Below the pieces are notes generated by a model. The model searched no databases and was not told the origin of the DNA. It saw nothing but the letters and a program-made list of their open reading frames with translations. 64,000 nucleotides of DNA from the human T2T-CHM13v2.0 reference genome, Homo sapiens, in assembly GCF_009914755.1 (NCBI RefSeq), contig NC_060934.1; one strand, 5' to 3'. Positions 28,956-54,850 of the stretch are shown here, piece after piece; the stretch's first letter is position 1; the number at the start of each line of letters is the position of its first letter. A program made the translations under genes and the position numbers.

Positions 28956-31429
28956 TAGCTTCCAGAGTTCACTTGCATTGTACAGATGCTGATGATGCTC
29001 CAGAGTACTCGAGTTCCCCCATGCTTTAACTTTCAAGAACCGCTTCCCACCAGAGCCGGTGTTCATAATCACTGTTTCTTTGATCTTTCAAGATAATAAT
29101 TTCAAATCGTTCAAATCAATTTCTTAATGCCTTTTCTTTACGGGTGGTTTTTAATCCAATGTTCCCCTAAGCTGCTTAGCAAATGGAAGCTGGGGCACAA
29201 CCTGGCAGAAATGAAAAACCTGTTTCCTGTTTCCGGAATAATACCCAGTCAACAATTGAGTAAGGGATTTTTATTTTATTTATTTATTTTTGCAAAGCAG
29301 CTTCCCAAGTTTAGAAGGTTTAACCTTGTGAAAGTTCACTGTAGCCCTGTCAGGAGATTCGTCACTCACCTGACCTGTACTGAACCTCCATGCAGAAGTT
29401 AGTTTGGGCTCAAAAGTAAAAGTATCAGGAATCATCCAGTCTGGAAATAGGTGAGGCCTGGCAGAGCAGCCAGTTTGATCTCTCACACTACAAAGCTTCT
29501 GGGATGACCCAGGTCTCCATCTGCAGTCCAGACCGAAGGCACTATACCTAGGGGACATTGAACCATATCTTTTGGAAAGCAGAGCCCCTGGAAATGTGGA
29601 GCCCCAGGCCTGGGAATGGAATTTCAAGCCATTTGCACTGGGCATTTAGAGCCTTTTTGCCACTTTCTACCAAAATCAGGCTCCTGCATTTTTCTTGCCG
29701 GTTTTCTGCACTTTTTACTAAATGTAACAGATTTTTGTATCGTTATATTTACCATGGATGTTATGTTTTCCCCTGTGGCAATGTCGTGTTTGTATGATTG
29801 CATTTTCTTCAATATTTCTTCCTGGACGAAGTGTCATCTAAATTTTAGTATGATCATGTAGAACATATATATATATGTGTGTGTGTATATATTCATATGT
29901 GTATGTGTGTTATCCAAGTGTTTCCTAAACATATTAATAAGCAAGTATTTGCTTATTATTTGTTTTTCCTCCATTCTGTTGCTTGACCAAAATATTAAAA
30001 GATTTCATTACAGAAAAAGCTTTGCAAAGTTTACATATATATTCAGAAATGCATTCCCTGAAAGTATTTCCTTTTTCTTCAATATTTAGAATGTATTTCC
30101 CCAGCAAGAGCCAGAAAATATAAATTATTCTGTTCTGTTCTGTTGTTGTTGCTAAGTCTTTGAGTCCCATCTGGAATTCACTGCAATGTGTAGAATGAAA
30201 ATATAGGAGCTCAGTTCATTCTTTTCTAAACTGAAATAGAGTTTTTCCAAAAATATTCATTAAATAGTAATCCACTTATCTATTTTTGTGTTAATCTCTT
30301 TTTATTGCATGTTGGTTCCAATTACCTTTTGAATCTATTGTAAGAACCTCTATGATATTGACAAAGTTTCTATTACTCATTTAGCAAATATTTGCTGATT
30401 ACCTAGCCTAAGGTCTGTGATTTTTAAACTAACTACCACATGTGGTTTTTTGTTGTTGTTGTTTTTTGAGACGGAGTCTCACTCTGTCCCCGAGGCTAGA
30501 GTGCAGTGGCACCGTGTTGTCTCACTGCCATCTCCGTCTCCTGGGTTCAAGCAATTCTCTGGCCTCAGCCTCCAGAGTAGCTGGGATTACAGGTGCCCAC
30601 CACCACACCCAGCTGGTTTTTAAAATATTTTTAGTAAAGATGGGGTTTCACCATGTTGGAAGTAAATGTCATTTTATAAGATCATAACTTTTGTATCAGC
30701 ATTTTAAAATCTGATAAGACCGCTATTTGGAAAGTGGTGTAGTTGGGGACCCCCTACACATTGTTAAATGAGATGTGTTAACCCCTGGTTTTTCTAATAA
30801 AGACAGTCTTCATACCACATTTTTAGAGTCTTCTAGGTCATAAGATACTCTTCTTTTGCCTCCAAAATAAATAGCTTGGGTGAGGACTAAATTTTTAGGA
30901 AATCCAATTCTATTTGCTTGGATAAGCCATTTTTCCTAAATTTACTAACTCGAGAAATCAAGGTTTTGTTAAACATGTATATTTCTGGGTTTCTCCTGGA
31001 GATTCTGGGCTCCAGGGAGAGACGGGGAGGCAGCCCTATAATTTTTTTTAACTATTGCTGCAAGTTTGGCAATCACTGGTATAACCCATCCTCCAAAGGC
31101 TGTGAAGAAGCATTTCATTTACAATTTATATTGACTGATTCTATTCCTAAATATAAGAGTATTGAAAAATATATAGGGTTCTTCAAGTTTTGGTTCCTCT
31201 CTCCAATCTTCCTGCCATTGTTAACTTTTCCGAGTCCTTAGGAAGTTGCTGGGTGCAGTGGCACACACCTGTAATCCCAGCTACTTGTGAAAATCGCTTA
31301 AACCCAGGAGTTTGAGACCAGCCTGGACAACAAAGTGAGTCCCCCATCTCTAAAAAAAATTAAAAAAAAAAAACAAAGCCCTTAGGAAGTTGTTTTTGGT
31401 AGCTTGTCTGGTTTTTATTTGTAGCTGTG

Positions 31430-34290
<2,861 letters not shown>

Positions 34291-34419
34291 TAAGCAGCCA
34301 TTGGCTGTCACTGGCTCCCTATTTTCAGCTTCTCAAAGTCTTAGGTGTGTGTTTGGCTCCAGGGTGAAGAACATCAGCTTTCCTGCTAGTTAGTCATGCC
34401 AGTGAGGTTGGGCATTGAT

Positions 34420-35290
34420 AAAGTGGACAAAGGCATAAATTTCCCTCTAATCACTGCTTTAGCTGCATCCCACAAGTTCAATGTTATGATTTCATTTTCA
34501 TTCGGTATAAAACATTTTCTAACATTTCTTATGATCTCTTCTTGGATCTGTGGCTTATATAGACATGTGTGTTCTAATTTCCAAGTATTTGGAAATTTTC
34601 CAGATATCATCTTGTCATTGAGTTCTAATTTAATACAGAATCTATACATAATATACTCTATAGTATTTCAATCCTTTTAAGTTTATTAAGATTTATATTA
34701 TAGTGCAGCATATGGTCTATCTTACTGAATGTTCCCTATACACACTAATAGAACATATATTTGGCAGTCAGGTGAACTGTCTATAAATTTTAGTCAGGGC
34801 AAATTGTTTGACAACGTTACTCAAGTCTTCTCTACCCTTCTGATTTTCTATATTCTTCTATAATTTCCTGAGAGACTGAGGCCAGTTTCCAACTGTGAAT
34901 CTGAATTTGTGTTTTTCTTTTTCAGTTCTGTCACATTTTTCCGTATGTTTATTGAAGCTTTTTTACTAAATTCATACACTATTAATACCGTATCTTCTTG
35001 ATAAATTGATCCTTTGATCATTACTAAATGTCCCTCTTTATCTTTTTTTAGTAATATTGCAGTAAATTTTTTAGCAAATTTTTAGTAATTTAGTAAATTT
35101 TTAGTAATTTAGTAAATTTTAGTAATTTAGTAAATTTTTAGTAATATTTAGTAAAATTTTTAGTAATATTTTTGCTAGAATGTCTACATTGTCTGATGTA
35201 AATATGGCCACTTCAGCTTTCTTACAATTAATGTTTGCATGTATGGATTTTTTCATTCTTTTGCTTCCATCCTGTGTTTTTTTATATTTA
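34420..35290 (-). mobile_element. L1 ORF2 fragment (endonuclease-proximal)
   Basis: ORF 34386..34649 contains NLWDAAKAVIRGKF, typical of L1 ORF2. Confidence 0.85.
35045..35175. repeat. AT-rich TTTAGTAA(A)T tandem repeat inside an L1 fragment
   Basis: Directly visible. Confidence 0.9.
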
Positions 35291-35474
35291 CAGCACATCC
35301 CTTCTACCTCACCTGTACTTGGAATCTGACAGTCTCCACCCTTTTTTTGTTTTTGTTTTTGTTTTTTTACAGAAAGGGTCTCCCGATGTTGCCCAGACTG
35401 GAGTTTAGTGGCTATTCATAAGCACTATCCTCCCACACTACAGCCTTGAACTCCTGGGCTCAAGCAATCCTGTT

Positions 35475-36156
<682 letters not shown>

Positions 36157-36739
36157 CCTCCTGTCTCAGCCTCCTGAGTAACAGACTACAGGCACGCACC
36201 ACTGTGCCAAACTTGTGATGTATTTTTTAAAGAAATTCTAGATTTTGCTGATTGCATCCTTGTGGTGTCATGTAACATGTTCTTCGTTCCCCGTATTTTC
36301 TGTACACTGGAAGGTGGATCTATAGTGTAGATGCTTAATTAGATCCAGGTTTTTTGGTAAGAAGACTTCATAGATTGTAAACTTCCAATTGCATTAAATC
36401 TGGAAGCCTATGATGTCTGGCTTTCCTTCTTTTTGTGATAATAAATTTGATGAGTTGGTCTAGGGATGATCAAACCGATCCATTAAAATAACACTTTTTT
36501 AACTCTTTTAACACCTCTCAGGCCATGTGCTAAGAAATTATGGTATATACATGATCACATTTGATCCTCATATTAACCCTATGAGGTAGGTCCTGTTACT
36601 ATCTCCATTTTGCAGATAACAATACTTAAGCACAGAGAGGCTAAATTACCTGCCCAAGAGCACCCAACCAGTGAGTGGCATAATTGGAATTGGAATCCAA
36701 GTGGTCTGGCTACAGAGCCTCCTTATGTTTACTGAGCCA

Positions 36740-36985
36740 TACATAATACATGATCCATGTGTATGACTGAGTTCCAATAAAACCTCATAAAAACTCGGGA
36801 GGCTGAGGCAGGAGAATGGCATGAACCCAGGAGCCGGAGCTTGCAGTGAGCCGAGATCGCGCCACTGCACTCCAGCCTGGGCAACAGAGCAAGACTCTGT
36901 CTCAAAAAAACAAACAAACAAACAAACTCATAAAAACAGGCAGCAAACCAGATTTGACCAAGGGGCACAGTGTGACAACCCTGCT
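36740..36985 (-). mobile_element. MER58-like DNA transposon with a 5'-truncated AluY (36794-36926, + strand)
   Basis: TSD ctcataaaaac on both sides of the Alu; host resembles the recalled MER58A consensus. Confidence 0.65.
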
Positions 36986-37155
36986 TTATGGCATTAATTC
37001 CACTCTTTATACATTCTATCAATGTTTTCAGTTCATCCTTAGCTCTTAAAAGTTTTGCTCTTTCTTGTAATATTACAGCACATGACCTTTTTAGGTTTTA
37101 TTTTAAATTGACACAATAATTATCTATATTTATGGTGTATGGTATGATTGTTTGA

Positions 37156-37818
<663 letters not shown>

Positions 37819-38187
37819 TTAGCTTTGTTCTTTTTGATCAAGATTGTATTGGCTATTTGTGAACTTTTGTGGTTCCATATAAATTTTAGGGTTTTTAATT
37901 CCATTTCTATGAAGAATATCATCAGTATTTTGGCACAGATTGCATTGAATCCATAGATCCCTTTGGGTAAGCATGTGCCTTTTGGCTGGAATTTCTTCTT
38001 TTGTTTTCTTTTAAATATAAAGATTAATTTCAGTACTCTTATATTAGTTTGATAGTGTTAGAGTAATGAGTGTTGAAAATTAAATAGTATCTATCATCTA
38101 ATTTTAACTGCAACACAGGTACCTGAGACACCAATAAGAAAAACCAGTTCCTGGGCCCCCACCCTTACCTAGTTAAAAAGAACTTCA

Positions 38188-40640
<2,453 letters not shown>

Positions 40641-41130
40641 TCTTTTTTTAAAAAATTTCTAAACACAGCACTTTGTATTTTTCTTACGGCATTTTTTGGA
40701 GGAAGTCCTGCAGTATTGCTAAGTTTTATAAATTGGGCAATGGGATACTCTTAAAACAGAGACATTCTTGGTTTCCTACTTATTATTACAGATGATTTAA
40801 CCCCTTTTACTCTTCCCCCATTTTTATACACACACATTTTCTCTCCCTCATACTCCTAATATAACGTGTGTATGTGTCTGTGTCTGTGTGTGTGTGGTTA
40901 AAGAACTTGGGGTGATATTTTTGATAGATACAGAGATTAAAAATGATGCAGTTGCTAATATCAAGTAAAACAAAATTTGTACAAATGTTTTTTATGGCTT
41001 AGCTGTAAACACACAATAAAAAATGATGACATGACTATATAGAAAGCATGGAGGAAAGCAAATGTACACTTGCGGGGTGTTGCCTGAAATAGCTCAGTCC
41101 TCATTAGCCATTTTAGGAAGATTTTATCTA

Positions 41131-41259
<129 letters not shown>

Positions 41260-42009
41260 CTATTTAATATAGTAATAAGAAGAATGAAATTGAGAAGTCA
41301 AGAGTGGCAGGAAAAAATAATTGAGTAAATAGCAGAAGAAACAGCTAAAAGAATTGGAAGTGCTTGTCTCCAAGGAGGAATCAGGTAGAGGACAGGACAG
41401 AGGATAGCTCCATATTATTTTGTGTCAAGCAGTCTTGTCGTTCTCTTGAACTTTTATTTCCATGTTAGTTATTAAAATTGTATACAATGGAGAATAAGAG
41501 TAGGATTGTCAGGAATTGGAGTTTTCCTCTCCGACCTTCTCATTCTGCAGATATGGAAAGCCCAGAAGAGGGAGTCTGTGTATTCAGCACATGGATTTCC
41601 ATTCTCTGAGTCACACTAAGTGATGGGAATACAGTCATGGACAATGGTTACTTTGAAATCCTTTCTGTTAGATCTGACATCTGGTCATCTTCTGGGCAGT
41701 TTCTGCTGCTTGTTTTTTTCTCATTGTATGGGTTATACTTTCCCATTTCTTTGCATGCCTTATAATTCTTGATTGGCAACTAGAGTTTAGATAATAAATT
41801 GACGCAACTCTGTGTAATATTTCCCCACACACATAGTGTTAAGCTTCTGATCGTGCTTCTCATGATGACACAACTTTAAATATGCCCACCATCACTCTGG
41901 TACGACAGTGGCATTGGTAGAACTCTCTTTCTCTGAAATAGATATTAGGTCTTTATAGGTCTATATCTACTAAAGATATAACATCCTGCACTTAAAAACC
42001 TTGCTATAA

Positions 42010-44600
<2,591 letters not shown>

Positions 44601-45094
44601 TCCACAGTCAGCCTTCTTCTGTTCTTGAATAGGTTTCATTTCACTTCTCAAGTCCTTTGCACTTGCTTTCCCTTCTGCCTGGAAAGCTCTTCCTCCACGT
44701 ATTCCAAGCTTTGGTTCTATCAGTTTTGATCTTTAGGGTTTGACCTCAGATGTGCCCATTTCAGTAAGATCTTGTAGCTCCACTACTTCTGCCCTTGGCC
44801 TCCAGCCCCCAGTCCCATCCACTAGCATTTCCAGTGAGTTTTCACAGCATGTATTGTTATCTGAGATTCTATTTTCTTGTCGTGGTGATTTACCTGTGTT
44901 TGTCACTCACCTCTGGAATAAATTCCATTATAGGCAGGGTCCTTATCTAGCTTGTTCATGATTGTAAAACCAGTGTCTATTACAGCACCTGGTTACAGTA
45001 AACAGTAAACACAATGACTGAATCTCTTGGTATTACCAGCACAGTGCTTGACTCATGATACATGTTCATTAGCACTTAATCTCTCTCATTGGTA

Positions 45095-46068
45095 CAGTCA
45101 TATGTCACTTAATGTTTCAGTTAACAACAGACCACATATCCAACAGTGATCTTATATGATTATAATAGAGCTGAAGAGTTCTATTGCCTAGTGATGTCGT
45201 AGCCATCTTAATTTCGTACAGCAACACATTACTCATGTGTTTGTGGTGATGCTGGTGTAAATGAATCTACTGCACTGCCAGTCATATAAAAGTACAGCAC
45301 ACATGGCCAGGCGCAGTGGCTCCACCGTAATCCCAGCCCCCCAGTGGGACAAAATGGAGGTGAAGACAATGATGTTGATGATCCTGACCCTGTGTAGGCC
45401 CAGGTTAATGTGTGTTTGTGTCTTAGTTTTTAACAAAAAAGTTTAAAAAGTAAATTAAAAAAATTTTTAAATAGAAAAAAACTTACAGATTAAGGATATA
45501 AAGAAAATATTTGTGTACAATGTGTTTGTTTTAAGCTAAGTGTTATTACAAAAGAGTCTTAAAAAGTTTTTTAAAAGTTTTAAAAAGTTAAAAAGTTACA
45601 GTAAGCTAAGGTTAATTATGAAAAAATTTAAAAAAATAAATTCAGTGTAGCTTAGGTGTACAGTGTTTATAAAGTCTACAAGAGTGTACAGTAATGTCCC
45701 AGACCTTCACATTCTCATTGCTCACTCACAGACTCACCCAGAGCAACTCCCAGTACTGCAAGGTCCATTCGTGAGAATGCCTTACACAGGTGTACCATTA
45801 TTTTTCATACTGTATTTTTATTGTACCTTTTCTATGTCTAGATATGCTTATACAAATACTTACCATTGTGTTATAATTGTCCACAGTATTCAGTACAATA
45901 ACATATAGCATGGGTTTGTAGCCAGGAGTAATGGGCTATGGCTTATGGTGTAAGTATGTAGTAGGTTATGCTTCTAGGTTTCTGTGATGTTCACTCAAGG
46001 ACCAAATTGCCTAATGAGGCATCTCTCTCATAAGGTGTCCCTACAGTTAAATGATGTTTGCATGACTA
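45095..46068. mobile_element. Tigger3-like (Golem) DNA transposon derivative
   Basis: Termini TA|cagtcat ... gcatgact, with internal sequence like the recalled Tigger3b. Confidence 0.75.
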
Positions 46069-46279
46069 TTTATCATGGGCAAGGGTAAACCTGAATTTAT
46101 TGATGGTCACCTTAGCTCTCTGTGCATGTGTTATAAATTTCTAGAGATGCTTTCCTAGGGGGTAACAGCCACACCTACTATATGGATTAAAACAAGGGCA
46201 AAATTTCCAAAATGTCGCATTCGGGCCAGACAAATAAACTGTTCTTGCAGCAGCACCTGGGGAATGAAACGCTGAGAAG

Positions 46280-47480
46280 GGAGAAGGCGCCCGAAGGCGA
46301 CCACGTGGGCCACAGCCACAGCACTGTAGGTCAGCCGAGAGAGCGTCTCCCGCCTCTTCCCAAGGGCATCTTCCGCCTCCTGTCAAGGGTCGGCAACGCG
46401 AGACACCACGCGCTCGTTGGGATCGGCCGCCTAATCAGGAGCGAGCTGTGGCCTTACGCCTGCGCAGAGGGGAGACGCGAGCGCCGCGTGGACGCTGACC
46501 TCGGTCCGCGCCTGCGCCTTGGTTTCTTCCCGGCGATTGGTTCCCATCTCTGAGGGAGACGCCTCACTTCAGTTTTCACTTTCTTTTTTTGCCCCCCCCC
46601 TCCCCTTTTCTTTTCCTTTGGCCGCGAGGTTTTGCTTCCGGTTGCTAGCGCCGGTCAGAGAGAAAGTCGACATGTTCTCGCAGGCTGCCGGGCGTCCCGG
46701 GGTTGCCTCTTGCCCGTGACCCTGACGGGAGACAGAGCGCGGGCGGCCGCGGCGTCCCTGTCAGCGCCCGCGGCGAGGACCCCGGGGCTGGGGCGGACGG
46801 CGTGCCCCTGAGGGGGGTCCCCGCGGGAGCGCGGAGCCGGCGACTGGTGCTTCCCACGTGCGCCGGTGTCGCGAGGGCCCGGGAGGACGCAGAGCACGGC
46901 CGGGAGAAGCATGGGAAGGAGGCCGAGCCGGGATCTCAGGTCCTCGGGGGCGGCGGCCACGCCAAGGACGGGTAAGTCCCTCCTCGGCCTGGGCGCCCGG
47001 GAACCCTGCGAGGAGGACGGCGGGTCCCCGAGGCTGAGCGCTCGGGCAGCTGCCGGGGCTTGGCTGCGAGGGTCGACGCGTTCTCCTTGCCTTTTGCCGC
47101 GCTCCGGGTGAGGGGGTGGGAGGGGTCGGCGCCTTCTAGATGACTCAACCTTCTGTCCTGCGCTACAACCTGTGGCCGCGCTCGGTGTCGCCGGCAGGGA
47201 GATCCTAACCGTGTCATCTTGCCCCTTTCTGAGGCGTTTCGTTTGCGTCGCCTGTCAGGGGACAGCTGCGTCCTCAGGGATATGCTGATAAGTTCTTGGC
47301 TGAAGTTTCCGTCTTCGGGTTTGCACCGGCTGGGAAATCATTTCCTGCGGGTTCTGCGTGAAGCCTGCTGCTACTCGAGACTTCATGGCAATGCGCCACC
47401 TTTTCTTTTTAGGGTAAAACAGGTCTCTCCGAAGGGAGGGTCATTTCAGCAGCAAGCGCAAGCCGCGTTGGGATAACTTG
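46280..47480 (+). promoter_or_regulatory. TASOR2: CpG-island promoter of a + strand gene (probably TASOR2/FAM208B)
   Basis: CpG-rich, with NRF1-like GCGCCTGCGC at 46508-46517, inverted CCAAT (ATTGG) at 46536-46540 and ETS CTTCCGG at 46635-46641. The gene name comes from recalled synteny with ASB13, not from coding sequence in this window. Confidence 0.75.
46630..46971 (+). other. TASOR2: First exon of probable TASOR2 (start approximate)
   Basis: Consensus donor CGG|GTAAGT at 46971/46972 within the CpG island, followed by a long repeat-rich intron. Confidence 0.7.
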
Positions 47481-49274
47481 GTGCGAGCAACACAGAAGTT
47501 TGTCTGAAGGCGGCGCCAAGCAGCGTTTCGTGGGAGAACTGGGTTGATGACTGAAATTTTGAGGAAGATTACTTTGGGAATTCTCAAGTTTCTCTTAGTC
47601 GCTTCTTGTCTATTTGAAATCTGTAACTTTAAACAAACCACGCTTACTCTTCCTTATTCTCCCTGTAAGGTACAATTAGAATAGAAAAGTTTATGAAAGT
47701 GTATCCAAAACTTAAATATGTGGCGTACAAGTGTATGGTATTATTGGAATGGCATTCGCGATCCTAGAGTCTACAGTGTTCCCTGAATAAAACTAGGGGT
47801 GAGCCTGGCGGTAATCCTGCCTAGGAGGTTTATAGCAAAGCAGTGTCCCCTAACGGTGCAAGAATACCCTTCTGTCGAAAAACTGCCTTATAGGAATGGG
47901 TGACTGTATGCGGTATGTCCTGTACTGTACATCAATAAATAACTAAGCCAGGCCAGAAAAAGGGTGACAAAAGGTCCACAATTATGTTAAGGAAGACCAA
48001 GACGGTATATTTGAAGTTTTGTGTATACAGAACATTTGCCCAAATGTAACTAATTTTTTTAAAGGGAGATTATAAGCATCTCCTGTGGTCCAAACATAGT
48101 TGTTAAAATGGGTTAAAATCGGTGAAGTGCCTAAGAACTTGACTGAGACATGGTGTTTGTTAAATACAGTATACTATCTATTCAGTAAAAATAGATCAAT
48201 ATGGCATGTATTTATCAAGTGAATTTCATTTTTCTGTTGGTAGACATTCAAGTTATTTTCAAGATATCCCTATAACTGACAATACTGCAGTGATTATCTC
48301 TTGCTGTTATAAACAGTGCTTCAGGTGGTCATGATAGTATTTCTGTAGAATTGACTCCTTATGAGAGTGCTGGATAACCATGTTGCTAAATTGCCCTGAA
48401 ATGATTGTACCTTTTTATGTTCACTCGCTCAAAAGATGTGTTTTTATCTCCATGCTAGCCAGCACTGGATGATAATGGTATTTTTAAAATATCTTAGCCA
48501 CCTAGTAATTGAAAGTAACATTCTGTTTTAATTTTTATCTTCCTTGGTGAATACAAAAGTTAAATCTTTTTAGGCAGGTCATATCATTTGCTGATGTTTT
48601 TATTGAGTCTGAGCTCTCTTTTCTTTCGCCCATGTAACTATTACTGTAGCATTTTAATTATCATAGTTTTATAATATATTTTGGTACTTTCTTTTGAAAA
48701 AGAGCTTTGGGTTTTTCTTTTGCATTTTTTCTTCCAGAAGAAATTAAAACTATCTTTTTAAGTCCTATAGAAAATCTTGGGATATTGTTTGTGATGGTGT
48801 TGAATATATAATCTGAGAAGAGACATTTATTTGAGTTTTTCCTTCTAAGAGAATATGTACATCTCCCTTTTCTTTAAAAATTTTTTATTGTGAAATATGT
48901 CATTAATATGTACTGACAAAGCGTATCTGTGTAATAAATATGCTTTTTGTCAGTACATGTTAATGGTATATTTCATAACAAAAATTAATAAAAGCTTTAG
49001 AAACTTTAGTTAGTTTGGAAACCTTTTGTGTGTTTCTACCCCAGGAGGAATGCGTTCCCTGCCCCCCGTTACCCTGGCCATTATTAATTTTGTGTTAATT
49101 ATTCCCTTGCCTTTTTAAACAGTTTTATCACCTATATAGATATCCTTAACTAGCATTGTTTACTCTTACCTGTTTTTGAACTTTATTTAAATAAAGTCAT
49201 TCTGTATTCTATGAGTTACTTTTGTTAAACATTGTTTCTGAGATTCACTCATGTTAAAGCACGTGCCTATAGTT

Positions 49275-50187
49275 TAGCAATTTAGAAACTTTATTCCCAG
49301 GACCCCTCTACACTTTTTAAGAACCATTGAGGGGGCCAGGTACGGTGGCCCACGCCTGTAATCCCAGCACTTTGGGAGGCCAAGGCAGGTGGATCACTTG
49401 AGGTCAGGAGTTAGGGACCAGCCTGGCCAACATGGCGAAACACCATCTCTACTAAAAATACAAAAATTAGCCGGGTGTGGTGGCAGGTGCAGGTAGTCCC
49501 AGCTACTCGGGAGGCCGAGACAAGAGAATCACTTGAACCTGGGAGACAGGTTGCAGTGAGCCAAGGTTGTGTCACTCTACGGCAGCCTGGGTGACAGAGT
49601 GAGACTCCGTCTCAAAAGACTGCTGAAGATCCCAAAGATCTTTTGTTTATTGGATTATATCAATTGATAATTACCGTATTAGATATTAAAACTGATAAAT
49701 TTGAAATGTATGTTTATTTATTGGTACCTTTAAATATAATAACCCATTACATCTTAACATATTTTATCTCCCCAAAATTAGTGACAAGAATGGGATTTTT
49801 GTACATTTTTGCAAATACGCTGAAGGTCTCCTTTAATGACTAGAGTCTCATCTGCTTTTGTATTCATTGTGTTGCCATGTATTATTTTGGTTGAAGTGCA
49901 TGAAGAAAATCCAGCGTCATTCAGCTGAGTAGTTAGAAAAGAGATGAATATTTTAATAATCTTTTCAGATGATTATGTTCTTTTTTGATACTCATCAAAA
50001 CCTAACAGTTTTGTGTTTTTGTTTCTGTTTTGTTTTTTAGGACAGTGTCTTGCTCTGTCGCCCAGGCTAGAGTGCAGTGATGTGATCATAGCTCACTACA
50101 GCCTCCAACTCCTGGGTTCAAACAATCCTGCCTCAGCCTCCTGAGTAACTAGGGCTACAGGCACACACCACCAGGCCCAGCTAATTT

Positions 50188-50218
<31 letters not shown>

Positions 50219-50520
50219 TAGAGACAGTATTGCTATGTTGCCCAAGCTAGTCTCGAACTGCTGGCCTCTAGCAGTCCCCCTGCCTCGCCTCTCAAAGCAC
50301 TGGGACTATAACATCCAGCCCCTAACAATTTGTTAAACGTTAGCTGCAGTGTAGAATTGCAAATCATATGAATGAACTTCTCATGCTCTGACATTAACAT
50401 TGGCCTACCATGCACTTTCAAGGGCTCTTTTACCTACACATGTGTCATTTGGAAAACATTGGTTCACTGAATTGTGCAGCTCTTTCACATGACACATTTC
50501 ATTATATAATTTCAGAAAAT
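49275..50520. mobile_element. hAT-Charlie-like DNA transposon interrupted by Alus (49333-49617 +, 50015-50322 -)
   Basis: caggacccct...cccaaagatcttttgttta resembles a recalled Charlie1 end. Confidence 0.55.
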
Positions 50521-50521
50521 T

Positions 50522-53965
<3,444 letters not shown>

Positions 53966-54299
53966 GCCATATTCATTATGACTTTTTAATTTTGTGACAT
54001 GTATAAATACATTTTTTATTATCTACATAGTAAATTTAAAAAGCTGCATCAAACTGTAGCCGGTGAGGCTGCATAAATGATGTGGGACGAAGAGTTATAA
54101 TAACTTGAGATCACTGTAGTGAAAAGAACGTGTATTTTAGATTAGACCTGAGATTGATAGATATCCTTACTAGGGGCTTGCGGGTAGGACACTTAAGGAA
54201 ATTGGAGCTTGGAGTGAGCTTTGTAAAATAATACTAAAACCATCCTCCTAGTGGGGTTACTGTGTGACGTCCAAGAACTCGGGGGCAGTTGGCTTGCTG

Positions 54300-54850
54300 T
54301 CCTGTGCTCCGTTCTGACGACTGAGCCCGCCCAGGTCTGCAGGGTCCTGGGGTCCTGCGGGTTCTGTAGGGTTCCCTGGTGTGTGGAGTCCCTACCCGCT
54401 ACAAGCTCCGTTGGGTCTACGGAGTGTGCGGGGATCTCCCAGCCCTGTTGGCTGTACGGGCTCAGTGGGGTTTGCAGGGATCCCCTCGTTCTGTGGGGTC
54501 CGTGGGCGCCGAGTCAGGGCCATGCCCCTGGGCTCCGCTCGCGGAGCCGGCGTCGCCCTTGTTGACTTTCAAAAGGCGCCGCCGGCCCCGCGCCCTACAC
54601 GCTCAGCACGCCCTGCGCGGAGTTCCCCGCTCTGGCGCACTGGCCTTGGCTGGCGGGAGGGGGCCGGAGGGGCTGCCGGCGGAGCAGAGACACAGCCACC
54701 CTCCCCCACACACCATGAGGTGAGTCGGGGAGGGGCCTAGGTCTCCCACATGCTGTTGTGGGAAGCTCTGACCCCCGCTGTGCCTGGGGCGGGCTCACCC
54801 ACGGAGGTGACTGTTAATACAGCGCTGAGTGCGAAGGAGACCCGAGAAAA
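54300..54850 (+). promoter_or_regulatory. Second CpG island, candidate alternative first exon ending at 54719
   Basis: Isolated CpG-rich block in an AT-rich intron with a strong donor GAG|GTGAGT at 54719/54720. Confidence 0.6.

Noticed and set aside
27716-29072. Long GC-rich and His/Cys-rich ORFs (up to 264 aa) around the ASB13 promoter
   Set aside because: Stop-poor CpG island plus the tandem repeat; only the 43-nt exon-1 portion fits the spliced protein, and the rest lies upstream of the likely TSS or in the intron.
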